Source of the DNA: Tubiluchus corallicola | Lineage: Eukaryota > Animalia > Priapulida | Direction of reading: 5' to 3' | Assembly: GCA_030141605.1 (NCBI GenBank) | Contig: JAQGDQ010000335.1 | Span: 194,485-258,484, forward strand | DNA: 64,000 nucleotides | In this document: one piece after another, positions 39,034-50,435 of the stretch | Layout of the letters: the number at the start of each line of letters is the position of its first letter | How positions within the stretch are numbered: the first letter of the stretch is position 1 | Notes under the pieces: model-generated | The model's input: only the letters and a program-made list of their open reading frames with translations | Database searches by the model: none | Told to the model about the DNA's origin: nothing | Position numbers and translations under genes: made by a program

Positions 39034-42000
39034 AGGCAGCATAGAGAAATATAAAAATATATACGCGACTAGAGAAAAAAAACAAATATAGTACAATAGA
39101 AGGTATATGAAATTATGTAGACACGTATTTGAGTGGGAGTATATCAGAAATCACTAGAAAATTAAAAAATACTAAAAGAAACCCAATATCGATTTATTGC
39201 TTCATGCTTACAACAAAAGCAAATTCTTGACAAATTCATGATAGTGTGACTGATAATCATAGGCAAAGAATGAAGGCTAGTTAATTTGTTCAAGCATCTG
39301 CTGCCATTACTAGAAAATGCTGTGCCAGACAAAATTGCATTTCACGGTAGAAGTAACTCAACTAAAGATCAAGATGGATAAACCGAGATAAGGATGTGCT
39401 CAGAGAAAAGAAGCCCACGTGATAAGACTATTCAATAACTATTAAGAAGCTTCTCAACTCTTCTTCTCAGCTTTTCTGTGTAGCTTTGAAACTAATTTTA
39501 TCTCATTAAACCGACTATCTTAAGTACAGGTCGACTTGTTTTGAGCGAAAAATGCACGACAGAAGTAACAAAAGAAGTTAATTTTATATGCAAATACGTG
39601 TAAAACTGTCACTGTCAGAGGTCCTGTACATCATTAAACGCTACCAATGCTTTAGGCCTTTTGTTTACGACAATCATTACGTGACTCAGTGACTCATCAA
39701 CCGAGGCGTGAGTGAAGAAGGCATACATTGACAAGCGAATCTAACAAGATGGAATAAAAGTGCTTAGAAGGCAAAGAGGATGAAAGGATTCGCGTCTTCA
39801 GAGTAAATGGAGATAAGAAGCTGATTAAGAGACAACAATTGTGGAAGTGCTGATTACACATAAAATAAGCTAGTCTCACAGAAAATGGAAATCAGAAAAA
39901 GTATCACAAAGAAAATGATGCTGGTAAGAAAAAGTATATTCAGCAAATGTATAAGAAGAACTTTGGGGTCGAGCTACAAGTTTGGAAAATCAGCATCGCA
40001 GATGTAAAGGCCATACACCATGTTCCAGGCCCTCCACGCATTCACGATTTCTGGAGCGCTTATTTCAGAATCAGAACCCATTGCACTACAACTGCATACA
40101 TGCAAGTACACCGTACATTGTGCCATAAGGTGATAAGATAATCACTAAGAAAGTGACAAGTGAGAACAGACAAACAGCTGCTCACAATTAACTAATATCT
40201 TTCTCTTAGGTGGATCTGCAAATACCTACTTACCACTAAAAGACACCAACCATCTGGACGAAAATTCCCAACGCTCCTGAAGTCATCAGAAGAACATACA
40301 CAGACGGAGTTAACACTAGAGAACTCTCTTCGACCACCATTTTCTACATTTTAGACGATTCGATAGATTTCAATCACTTCTCCTGACGGCTCTATTATAT
40401 GCTGCACAGATTAGCTGAATTGTGAAACGAGGAAGCAACTGCAAAAACTTGGCGAAACTTAATGGAAGCCACATAACTTTTCCGACTAGGCATAGCTAAC
40501 CCATAAACCGCAAACAAGAACACAGCTATGTATAAACCGCATACAACTGAATTCGAAAACAAACAGCATCTGGGAATAAACAAACACATAAGAGTCTGAT
40601 ACAGCTCTGCACGCTTACATCAAAACTAAAATAAACAAAATAAATAATTTAGTAGAATTCAATAATATGGTACACTGAAAACACTGATATCATGGCTCGT
40701 TTTGTTACGACTATTACCCCGGGAAGCGTAAAATACTGAAAAAAGCCATGTTATTAGTAGCAATATTTTATTTTGTTATTACAATAATTAACAACAGCCA
40801 GATACGAGCAAACAATCATGTATTATAGTACCGGTCATCAGTCGAAATAGTAGAGAATGTTTTAAGGTACAGGATTAACACTCTCAATACATTAACACTT
40901 TTAACGAGCAGATTCTCCAGCCTACAAAGTGAGAAGCGTTAGACTTGAAGAGTAAGCCATAACTAGCACTCGAAAACGAGAGTAAAATATCAGATATATT
41001 CATAAACAACGTTTTGTATCACCATGATCTTGGATAACAGACTACAGACTAGCCAGGGAAGACGACAGCAGGGGAATATTATGTCAATAACTAACTTGAT
41101 AGGGAGATGCAGCTTCCAGGCAAATTCACTGCAGGCGCAACAGGCATGACGCTCCTTTCATTTCTGGTGCAATTAAAGGGCATTTCCTGAAATGTGCCTA
41201 CAAGCCAAACCACTTACTGGTAAAGCCATCTACTGCTAGAATGTATGGGCAGTTCCAAAACGGATGGCAGAAGATATATTACTGGGCCAGTGCACTTGTA
41301 AAGCAAAAACATTTACAGCTGGTTTCCTTGTTAGGATTGCGAAGTTACTCTATTGCATGAATAGCCTAAGTGGATAGAGCGCACATCAAAATATTAGCGA
41401 AGTGCTTCCTTAATGCATCCATGAATGCTCGTAAGAATGGCCTTTTTCCAACCACTTAATTATTACCATAACGTTAACTCACGAATGAGTCTAAAAATTC
41501 CTACAGATAAGATCTTTTAGCACCTCTACGGGACGTAAATAGGGAAGAAAAATGTCAAAGGTCGAAAAGAAAAGACGAGGTCGCGCAAAACCTTGAGGTT
41601 ACGATCAAGGTAACAAGGGTAGGCGTGGTTCAGCCTCTCTGACGAAAATTGTTAGTTCAATCAGTCACAGTGAGAAGTCAAAATCCGCATGACAGCGTGT
41701 GAGCGTATGATAATGCTGAAAACATAATGCATGTACTGAAAACTCAAAAAGCCATGACGACCTAACAGCGTCACAGGAAGTTTAGTGATGCGCCAGCGAT
41801 GTAATAAAACCATTTGACTCGCACAATTACACTCATGATGCGAATAAATAATTTAAGGTCCACTTGACGACTACTGCAGGAAATACATCACAAACATAAC
41901 GATTAGTTTTACACCAAAGTCAATTTTAAATCATATCCAGTAAAGAACTTCTGTGGAGCATGAGTCTTTATTTCCTGGCATACAGTATTTGCCAAGCATT

Positions 42001-44786
42001 TACAAAACGTGGTTTTATCTTCAATAAACTCTCACTGATAGATCACCATGAAACTTTCAAAATGACTATAGAACACATTTAGCATTTATTTTAAAGACGT
42101 TACCAAATCCTTTGCAATACAATGAAAACTTTCTGACAATTCTAAGCTTGTTTCTGACAAACAACATAAAACGTCGAATCACGCGCAATTAATTTAAAAT
42201 GTAGACGATTAACAATGGTAAAAACGTTTGCTGATACAGTGTTTTGCTTAACTGCTATTGTTATGCAGTAGGATTATCAGGCTACCAAAATAGGAAACCT
42301 ACCAGCAAACTTGTTTTTCATAAACATTTGTGTATTCATGGAAATCATTTTTAGTTATAATGGAGTAAAAGGCAAGTCCGGAGATGTCAATGACTGGGCA
42401 TTCAAAAACATTAAAAGCTAGGTTTTCTAGAAGGTTTAGATTAGTGGAAATAAACTCATATGCACATACCGATAACAAAAAAACTGACAACTCTGACTGT
42501 AATATTTGCCTGCAAAAGATTCTAATAAAGACTTATCATCATCATCATCATCATTACCAACTGACTGCTATACTTTGGCGACATTTTCCGCTCCAGACAA
42601 AACTAGCAGGTGTAATTGCAATGATTCGCTTTACAAATCTTTAACTAGTCCAATTAATGGCAGCTGAACTAAGGCAGTAAAGGCGGCATCCCGCTCGCCT
42701 GTTCTTTCTAGAACTATAAATATTATGCACAATATACTCTTAATTTTTTCTAAAATACGATTGAACGTCGTCTTGTCAAGGATATAAACACAGCGTTTTG
42801 TTCAGTTTGGTTTGTATTTTATTATTGAAAAATCATTAGCAAAATTAATAATAAAAAAATCGCTAAAACAAATATTGTTATAACAGTACCACAAAAAATG
42901 ATCATAACCATTAACTGATGTGCAGTTTCTTTGTAATTGCGTGTTTTTCTACCAAAGATTTGTAACATTTTGACAAGTTCTGATTTGCCAACTGTCTATT
43001 CCTAGCGTTGCTAAATTATCCAAACTGACTGAAAAGGCGATTTTTACAAACACGAACTTTTAAATTGTTTGTTCGTATTTTTTTGTAACATTATCTTATA
43101 AGGGCGGCTTCGGCGGCGAGCGACGAATGACCATGAAGATAATAGTCCTACTTAATTATGTTTAAAACACAAAGCGTTTCGGATCTCTTAGTTTCGCCAG
43201 TAATCGCTATTTCAATATAGCTCAATGTGATATTGACACAAAAAGATTGTTGGCGCGCTGCGCTGATCAAACACACGGTGTTAGCAAACAGAAGTTCTCC
43301 CAGTTTTTACAAAATGTACTTTGTTGGTTGCTGCTGTGATGAAATTACGCACGGTTTGGTCGCACACGCCACTCTACCAATTTTTCTTTGGTCTCTTTGA
43401 AGCGTTCAATATTGTTCAATTACATTCGAACGAAAGATGATAAGCCCCAAGGGAGTGATTATGTATCAGTAAAATAACAAGTAGGCGGTATAAATTATCG
43501 TATGCACCAGGGGCCGAGCAAAAATCAAATTTAGCAAAACTGAATCAGTGAATGATGAAGACAGACAAATGTGTTTGTAGCTACATATCTAGGCAAATAC
43601 AGAAGCAAGTTGGGTAAACAAAAATATCTATCTTGAGTCTGCAGTATACAGCTCTGGGTTTTCCGCATGTTGATCAAATCCGGTTTTATTAATAATATAT
43701 TGCTGAGATATCTGTGTCCTAAACAACAGACTGCCAGAACTAAAGTGCCGAAAGCACTGTCAAACTCAGAGTTCTATATATGAACAAACTGACATGAAAA
43801 CTGCGATTTAATATTTTTTTTACCATTTTTCTAAATCACCACCTAAATTATACGAACTCAAATCATTTAGCCAAGTTTCGTTTTATCACTCACTTAGTAA
43901 TGTCACGCCTAATTATTAAAACAATGCAAAAGAAACTGCTTAAACGACTTTTTGTCATTTGTGAACCTTTCAACCAAATGTAAGGGTTTCCCAAACAAAA
44001 TTTCATGTTAGTGACTATCAATTTAGCTAGTTTTCGAAACAATTGTAAAACATGATCACTTTATGTGACTATGTATTTTATCTAATATCTGGATTAGTTG
44101 TCATATTGTAATGAACTCTTTGTTATTGATTAATCTATATGCACGATCTATTTATAGTTAATAACATTTCCTAAAAGATGCTGCAGCAGATATAGAAGAA
44201 GCACTTGCGCCCACAATGGGCATTAATCTTGTAAAGCCTATACACACTACAGCAATTGAAGCAATCTAGATAAACTTATAGATTAGTGAGCCAATAATAA
44301 AATAAAAACCGTGAGCAGAAAATAATGGTTGTTTTCATTAATTCAATGATGTCACCATTGCAAAAACAGAAGATAATTTATCGAGGAAGCCAATCTTATC
44401 TTTGCAACTGAGACTCAAAAAGAAACATGGGCGAAATGGCTGAACACAAGAAATTTTGTAGCAAGTACTCCAGCATGAACTAATCTATTTAAGGTGCTGG
44501 TGTTGCCAATGATTTTTTTATTCCTCAACTGCACTGATGACAAAAAAAATGGTACTTGCGATGACCACTGGTATGATGCCATGAAAACAGTGTCAGGTGT
44601 CAGTGTCACGCATTAAAAAATCTGCATTAAAAAATCTTAACTCCAAAATATTTGCCTAAAAACTAAAAGTGCTATAGTAATTTGAAACTTATGCACATAG
44701 TCGCAGTGAGACACGCAAATGTTAGGGAAGTAAGAGAAATGTTCGTAGTAGTAGTGGTAGTGGTAGTGGTAGTGGTAGTAGTAGTG

Positions 44787-44874
<88 letters not shown>

Positions 44875-46737
44875 CAGTAGTAACAGCAGCAGCAGCAGCA
44901 CCAGCACCAGCAGCTGTAGCAGTAATAATAATAATAATAATAATAATAATATATTAGTCTAACAATGCACACAAAAGTACAGGCCCTACAATAATTTTGT
45001 ATTTTTATGGAGACGTCAGTGCATCACTGGAATAAAATTTCTAGACACACTGATCAAATATTTTCATTTCATATCCAAGCACGAAGAATCCATTAGAATT
45101 ATGTGTTTGCACATGTCTTCTCAGCTGAGTAATAGAATAGGATAGCTGTTTAGTCAGCATCCGGTTGCTTGGCAACCCGAGGGCTTCGAAACAGTTAGGG
45201 ACCATGTGGTACTAGAGTTGTGCTACTCATCATGTATTTATAAGTTTTAAATAATTAATTAGCAGGAACAACTGTTAATGTGTTACAAATCTTGCCCGAG
45301 TGTGACCTAACCTTATACTATATTAGCATCTTCCTTTACTGAAGTCGACTGGGGGGAGTTTCTTATACAAAGCAAGTACAGTCTAATAGGACCCTAGGCC
45401 AACAGCCACCTCAAAATGGTAACAATGAAGAATATGAAGCTCAAAGTAAATCCAAGAACTCTTTGATTAAGCTTTTCTTATATCCACTTTTTAAATTAAA
45501 TATTACTACACGGTGATCACTATTAGACTGATAATTAATTTTACAGTAATCGTCAAAGTGTTCTCTCCAGCTGACAGATGAAAATTGCTGGCAAAATTTT
45601 ATCAACCATTCGTAAAAAGTATACAAAAGCCAAAAAGCACATCCCTGTTCTTTTTCGCAATATCACAACTTTGAGGATATAAAATAGTTTGCAATTTATT
45701 AGTGAATTTGTTTTCAAATTGAAGTGATGCGGACTCTGACGAATGTTATAAATTCTTCTCCGAATTTTAAACGATTTGGTATCCATTACTGAGAATATCA
45801 ACACAAGGAAAACCGTAGATGGATCCATGGATGTTTTTAACTTCTGTTTTTTCGCACAGAAACTGATATTTCTGAAATCATTATGGGTTTCTTCATTGTC
45901 GATGAACACTAATCAAAATACGCCATAATGGGTTTTGAAGGTTTCGAAATGTCTTTTTGTAAGAAAGAATAAAAGTTAAAAGCATTCATGAATACGTCTA
46001 CGATTTTTGTTGTGTTGATATTTTGTAAGAAAGAATAAAAGCTAAAAACATCTATGAATCCGTCTATGATTTGTTGCGTTGGTATTTCTTTTCTGGGATA
46101 TCATTTATTTATCACACATTACACATGATCTCTGATAGGTTTAAAAATTCACAAGAATGCTACAAATTTCTTTTACGACATCATGTGAAATTGTACGAAA
46201 CAGTTTACTGTTTTTGATATTTTTGAAAAGTAGTTTAGCTTTGAACATTGTTTCAAATCAAATGTGTTGCAAGTGTTAGTTTACACATGTCAGTGACCCA
46301 AAAAAATAAAACATTATATCTGTGTATGTTTTTGTATTCACATGTCTTTTAATTTGTGTACTGTTTACTAGTACTAAATAACAGGTGGATGATATTTGGT
46401 GCAAACTGATTTGGAAAAAGAAAACTGGCTTTTTAAAAATGACTTTGAGCAATACAGACACTTTACGTAATACAGATGTATATCAGTTCGTGCCTCAGTC
46501 TAGCTAATTAAAAATTACTATTTTATACTTAACAGTTAATTATTTATGAAATAACAAAGCCAGAACTTCTCTAGATGCTTAATTCATGAACAATCATATA
46601 TACAAAACACATATACAAAAACTACTTAAACCAGTTGTATGACTGAAGCAAATACATTACTTTATTTTCACTGGTAATGTTACTGCTATAAAGCATTTTA
46701 CCAAATCAACAAATAAATTTTGCCTTACCTGCTCCAT
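4192..46737 (-). CDS. MTUS1: CAP-Gly domain + MTUS1/MTUS2/CCDC69-family coiled-coil microtubule-associated protein, long isoform (17 coding exons, about 1751 aa)
   Basis: Exons in transcript order: 46729-46737, 35401-35732, 32050-34962, 31681-31850, 30291-30383, 27790-27948, 26281-26475, 10315-10550, 9622-9703, 9055-9213, 8889-8944, 8109-8214, 7613-7686, 5867-5965, 5417-5536, 4963-5060, 4192-4546. All junctions are GT-AG and phase-compatible; total 5256 nt, divisible by 3. C-terminal motifs EVESLKAVVEMRN and [35 protein letters not shown] match the MTUS1/2 coiled-coil end as recalled ([33 protein letters not shown]). The symbol denotes the family; one-to-one orthology was not tested. Confidence 0.85.
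4963..5060 (-). CDS. MTUS-like gene exon (LEELPIARERITFLEQRAEDLSAMVSITKESQR)
   Basis: ttgtag acceptor, gtatat donor, 98 nt, phase 0 to 2, coiled-coil heptads. Confidence 0.88.
5417..5536 (-). CDS. MTUS-like gene exon (TALAQFKDLPKEVESLKAVVEMRNDEIRELRNENNRIKKE)
   Basis: ttacag acceptor, gtaagt donor, 120 nt, phase 0 to 0; conserved ESLKAV motif. Confidence 0.92.
5867..5965 (-). CDS. MTUS-like gene exon (VKLFEYEEQFELLQQKSKEFEEAMLKDTDTKIQ)
   Basis: tttcag acceptor, gtaaaa donor, 99 nt, phase 0 to 0. Confidence 0.88.
7190..7318 (-). mobile_element. tRNA-derived SINE-like head or tRNA pseudogene
   Basis: Pol III A box TAGCCGAGTGG (7300-7310) and B box GGTTCGAATC (7203-7212) about 90 nt apart; no acceptor stem or cloverleaf can be folded. 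Confidence 0.45.
7613..7686 (-). CDS. MTUS-like gene exon (ELKDIHKKEMLDLKSSHELDRQDLE)
   Basis: ttccag acceptor, gtaaca donor, 74 nt, phase 1 to 0. Confidence 0.85.
8109..8214 (-). CDS. MTUS-like gene exon (ISELEMLNEMHREDLSKSHDRQQNQLKEKHALQLR)
   Basis: gcttag acceptor, gtaagt donor, 106 nt, phase 0 to 1. Confidence 0.85.
8889..8944 (-). CDS. MTUS-like gene exon (LDKEHKKDIEDLKLIHDKE)
   Basis: ttttcacag acceptor, gttagt donor, 56 nt, phase 1 to 0. Confidence 0.85.
9055..9213 (-). CDS. MTUS-like gene exon (VDLKLEQESLQREIVSLTDCHHCQVVALENSHQEVLESLRSSFAQQQKETEIR)
   Basis: ttgcag acceptor, gttagt donor, 159 nt, phase 1 to 1. Confidence 0.85.
9622..9703 (-). CDS. MTUS-like gene exon (LDAFETPHLKSQLAEVNACLTEANKTI)
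   Basis: tttcag acceptor, gtaact donor, 82 nt, phase 0 to 1. Confidence 0.87.
10315..10550 (-). CDS. MTUS-like gene, first shared coiled-coil exon (DQSRTK...AFDAMTILVRYLTEQ)
   Basis: tttcag acceptor in phase 1, gtaggt donor in phase 0, 236 nt; FDAMTILVRYL resembles MTUS FEALTVVIQHL. Confidence 0.9.
14010..14187 (-). CDS. Candidate alternative first coding exon C of the MTUS-like gene (MSNSGDDCVILSTYRPG...CYTRRA), giving a short isoform of about 520 aa
   Basis: ATG at 14187 with an in-frame TAG 7 codons upstream; ends at a strong phase-1 donor CAG|gtaaga that fits the 10550 acceptor; 178+1385 nt is divisible by 3. Confidence 0.5.
14207..14328. repeat. Tandem duplication, 2 x 61 bp, one mismatch
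   Basis: tagttcctgtgaaatcacagttg(g/a)cgcagatttgcaaaagttaattttcaacacaaagatt at 14207 and 14268. Confidence 0.95.
18571..20707 (-). CDS. Alternative first coding exon B of the MTUS-like gene (MGNQSS..., 712 codons, disordered, S/K/E-rich), giving an isoform of about 1173 aa
   Basis: 722-codon ORF in AT-rich DNA; phase-1 donor TTCG|gtaagt at 18570 fits the 10550 acceptor; in-frame TAA at 20744-20746 upstream of the ATG and no phase-1 acceptor between them. Confidence 0.8.
22690..23480 (+). repeat. Purine-rich (GA) low-complexity tract
   Basis: Long A/G-biased stretch without exact periodicity; explains the F/L/S/P-rich antisense ORFs. Confidence 0.7.
25218..25231. promoter_or_regulatory. RFX X-box-like motif GTTGTCACGGTAAC
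   Basis: Fits GTNRYY-N2-RGYAAC; forkhead-type TAAATA/TAAACA sites follow at about 25271-25304. Confidence 0.45.
26281..26475 (-). CDS. MTUS-like gene exon (DAKPATNTT...VVLRRKKAQK)
   Basis: acacag acceptor after a polypyrimidine tract, gtagag donor, 195 nt, phase 1 to 1. Confidence 0.8.
27086..27099. promoter_or_regulatory. RFX X-box motif GTTACCGTGGCAAC
   Basis: Exact match to the GTNRCC-N2-RGYAAC consensus. Confidence 0.5.
27790..27948 (-). CDS. MTUS-like gene exon (PTEKKVQSSKEG...GQGKNKK)
   Basis: ttttttatgcag acceptor, gtcagt donor, 159 nt, phase 1 to 1, open frame. Confidence 0.78.
30291..30383 (-). CDS. MTUS-like gene exon (GKVKTENHSEVTREINSSQPCITELKSTESK)
   Basis: ttcacag acceptor, gtaagt donor, 93 nt, phase 1 to 1. 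Confidence 0.75.
31681..31850 (-). CDS. MTUS-like gene exon (RLTAVLNEPAKPSEK...VDVKHE)
   Basis: tgtcag acceptor in phase 2, gtatga donor in phase 1, 170 nt. Confidence 0.82.
32050..34962 (-). CDS. MTUS-like gene, 2913-nt exon: C-terminal part of the CAP-Gly domain plus a long acidic then basic disordered region
   Basis: ttttcag acceptor at 34963, AG|gtgaga donor; begins YFGRTHLTDGVFCGIELDEPEGKHNGTVQGVTYFSCQDGYGIFAPVTKV (CAP-Gly core with a GKNDG-type motif). Confidence 0.92.
35401..35732 (-). CDS. MTUS-like gene exon with SRIP/SLLP motifs and the start of the CAP-Gly domain (MQVGSRVCIGGSKIGTLR)
   Basis: tttgcag acceptor in phase 0, AG|gtaaag donor in phase 2, joining in frame to complete CAP-Gly. 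Confidence 0.9.
38960..39026. repeat. (GA)n microsatellite
   Basis: Direct reading. Confidence 0.97.
44745..44951. repeat. Compound trinucleotide microsatellite (GTA)n-(GCA)n-(TAA)n
   Basis: Direct reading. Confidence 0.97.
45760..46150. mobile_element. Imperfect palindromic foldback/MITE-like element
   Basis: 45794-45862 is an inverted copy of a unit of about 66 bp that occurs twice in tandem at 45955-46020 and 46021-46087; outer arms gaattttaaac / gtttaaaaattc. Confidence 0.55.
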
Positions 46738-46930
46738 TGTCCTTTCAGTTTCTACTTTCAGTTAAATTACGATAATCACTTCTCATTCGATGACCTCATG
46801 TTTTTTATCGCATTTGGTCTATCATTTTCTTCTTTTTCACTTTACAACATGGCTGTTGTCTGTCAGGTTTCCAGAGTTGTCTCTGCGCAGGAGAAAATTG
46901 TCAACTGAGCAAAAGTAGGTGGGATTCAGT
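46729..46930 (-). CDS. Probable start-codon exon of the long isoform (5' UTR + Met-Glu-Gln, coding 46729-46737)
   Basis: ttgcag acceptor at 46931; acaATGG strong Kozak context; CAG|gtaagg donor in phase 0, matching the 35732 acceptor. Confidence 0.6.
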
Positions 46931-47894
46931 CTGCAATGCTAAAGTACACAGGCATTAAGTGACATTGGATCAATAATGTGTATGGTGTTTGCCAGATAGA
47001 GAGAACTAGTCAATACCTGAAGCTAGAACTTGCTTAAGATCAATAAAGATGGGCAGAGATCTCTGGGGCGATTATGTAATAGCTGCATTTCTACGAAAAC
47101 CACCAGCAGAGGTCAGGAGAATACCAGACATGAATAGAGAAAGGAGTACAACCAAATGTGATGTATTTTGACTCACAATCGGAATCCTGTATTCAGTAGC
47201 TGGTCATACTCAAATGAAATGGTTGCAGTGTGAGACCCGCATCTGACTCATTATTAAGGCTAAGCCATTAAATGATCAGCTTCTGTGCCAATGTTAACTT
47301 GTCTTCAGTCGTGCGATACCATAACCACTCAGCCATTCACATCGCCTCATCCAACAATCAAAACTTGTGTGATCATTTAAGATAGCATAGTTTGCGACAT
47401 TATCTTTGCCAATTAAATTCAAAGAATTTTTACAAGCTAATCCTTAATTTCTATAATTCTGTACTCATACACTAGTAATGCAATAAGGCATACAACATAC
47501 AGCCATACTAATGCAAGCCAGGCAATGTTCAGCTCTAAGCACACAATAATTAAAATGTAATCTGAAAGTTGCTTTGTTCAATTGGACATTTGTCTACATG
47601 TGGAATATAGAAACAGATTAATAATGGGAAAAATGAGGGAATAATTATTGCAACTTTTTTAAAGTTTGTGTTTATTTTATGTAGGAAATACATTGATGAA
47701 AATTCTCGATCTGCAATTTTTGTTGCAAGCTTCCAACCTTCAAATAATCTAATAATGTAGAAATTGTACTGGCAACCTTGCACAACTCTGAAATTTACTT
47801 TCTATTGAAATTGATATATTTTGACGATCTTAATTTAACTGGCTTTTTTATTTAATTTGGCACAGTGCAAGTAACAAGTAGTATTCAGCGGCAG

Positions 47895-48240
47895 GTAAGG
47901 ACGAGCATCGAATGTTCGAGTTCTAATATTCGAATCAAATTTGAATTATGAATTTAAATAATTTAGCACTTCAACTACACATGTTCTTCATCATTGAAAC
48001 GTTTGAGAGATCACCCAATCTTTACAGTTTAGCTGCGATTTTTGTGCACATATTATTAGTCTTTTTATTCCAGAATAAAATCAAGAAATATGCATGATCA
48101 AGCTAAGACAGATCTTAATCAATGACTCAAAATTCTATATGAAATTCATTAAAACTGAATTTGAATTCGATTCGTATCCGAAATCTGGAAATTCGGTTTG
48201 ATTCGAAAGTCACAAATTCGATTCAATTCGCATTCACTTT
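47895..48240. mobile_element. Degenerate MITE-like remnant with ATTCG/TTCGAA-rich ends
   Basis: Clusters of tcgaat/attcga motifs at both ends of an AT-rich core; no clean TIR or TSD found. Confidence 0.35.
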
Positions 48241-50300
48241 CTGGTAGGGAGGGAATGCGTGCACCTGGTAGCAGAGTCTTTTCAATGTGGATAGTTGTGA
48301 CAAGTTCAAAATCATTATCAAGGTTAATCCTCTAAGATGCCAGGAGACACTGAACTGGCAGGTGTATCAGTCAGGCTCTAAGGAGGTTCTAGGTTTACAA
48401 AGAGTTCCAAAATGCAGTGAATAAAACAATAGCGAGGGCTCTGTTTGTGACTGCACCGTGTGAGTCTGCAGCACTCATCCACATGCCCTAACTGTAAATT
48501 TTTTAACAGTATCAAATGGCCACTCTAGTAATACGTCAATTATGTGGCATGTTTAACTTAATAGCAGTAAAAAGAGAGCCACGGACCTCAGCTTGGCTTT
48601 TCAATTGACTTACTGATTGAATTTATGTATAAAATGTGATGCTCATCACACATATTTAAACAATGGTACTACAAGAGAACTTAAAATTTACGAACTAATA
48701 CAAAAAGGCGACATTAAGAGCTACAAAAAACAAAGTTAAAAATACAGTTATGGAGCAAGATGGTTTAAAGGATGGCATATACAGCAAAATAAAATTCACT
48801 TGTTTCCAATGTGGTTCCTAAATAGTGAACTCAAACTCCAGCTTAAAGATGATACATAAGAATACAATAGTGACCACAACTACAAACAAAAACTGGCTAA
48901 GTACACCTGAGAGGAACAGTATGATACAGGCAAACCAGATATCTAATACCTGCAAATATTAAAATACAACTTCTGGAATGAAATTTACGAAAAAATGACT
49001 AAAGTGAGATTCATCTACATTTTAAGTAAAGAGCCGAAGATTCGTTCACATGAATGTTAAAAAAATTAGCTTTAAGCTGCATTTTAAAACATATAAAGTT
49101 TATAGATCAGTTGCAATATCAGTTAAAACAGATAGTACTTATGAATACTTTAATGCAAGCTACAAATAAGACAAGTAGTAATATCAAAATTGACAATGGT
49201 AGTTTTGTTAATGACAGAAAAATATTAATTGCCTGTGAGATATTAAAAGAACAACAGCATAATTAGAAATGCAGCACTGCTAGAATGTAACGATATACAG
49301 TATTAGGAACAAATAATAAATAAAAATTAAAGGTAGAATGTCAAACTAGACACAAGTCAGTATAAGAACAATTTAGTTACAAAAAATTAAAATATACTTA
49401 ACAGTAGCAACTTGCTGATTCTATTGTGTCTAGTATTATAGGAGTGCATATTTCTCAAAAACTGAAGGTCAGCTGCTAAATAACTGGGGCAGTACCATTC
49501 ACCCATTACCCAGAACAAATGGCCAAAACATAAGTTAAATTGATTTGCACATCTTTTTGCAATTACACCAATATGCTTTCGAGCATCCATGTATAGCAGA
49601 AACCTAATAACTAATAACTATTCGTTGTGCCTTTGAGTTTGAGCCACTTAGATCAGAAAACTAACAGCAAACAGTATTGCTAAAGTGACACTGAATAAGG
49701 GCAGAAACTAACATTTTGGCTTTTATAGATAGAAATTCATTACTTAATATATATTTAAGCAACATTTTCAGGATGTCAGCTACGAGAACCACCTCTCAAG
49801 AGCTGAGCTAGAGTAATATCCAAGTGCTTAACAGATTTTTTGGTTTTCAAAAAAACGACACTTGCAATTCAGTACATTTATAATTTTTTTCTTTGGTCCA
49901 AGCAAAATAGACTCGGTTTTACTTAAGTGAAGCGAAAGACTGTTTCCTAAATCAAGCGTACAATCTGACATTAAAAGCAGAACAATTCATAGTAGAACAA
50001 TTCATTAGAAACTGACAGTGATACCTCATGATAAGAATTCAAGCACGTGCTGTGCCCTACTGCTAGTTGGTTGACAGATTTACAATTCCATTACGTAAGT
50101 TTGGGTGGCAATTTTGTCACGATTCTTTCAGCGATGGCTTAGAATTTTGCGGTTTGGCAAAAAGGTGCTTATCATCTCGGTGAGAGCTTTATTCATTTTT
50201 AGGCTTTATATCGTCCGCTCTGCCAAAGCGCAGAAAGGAGCTACCACACGATGAATGCGTGAACTTGTTGCACTAATAACTTTCAAATTTCGTTTTATCA

Positions 50301-50435
50301 ACTCACTTATGGAAGTGAGTTGGAAGGCACCAGGAATGGAAAGCACACCATAGTTTTCATCACAACGATTTCCACAACAGTTTCTTGTTTACTTTCACTG
50401 TCGTTGACACCTGACAAGTACGTGGCGCCATCTAG
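50301..50435 (-). promoter_or_regulatory. Candidate promoter / non-coding first exon of the MTUS-like gene
   Basis: gtgagt donor at 50301-50306; TGGCGCCATCTAG (YY1/CTCF-like core) near 50423-50435; the A/T strand skew appears to reverse around here. Inference only. Confidence 0.35.

Noticed and set aside
38759-39096. Ser-Leu and Glu-Arg repeat ORFs
   Set aside because: Translations of the (GA)n microsatellite.
44637-44972. Poly-Tyr/Val/Leu ORFs
   Set aside because: Translations of the (GTA)n compound microsatellite.
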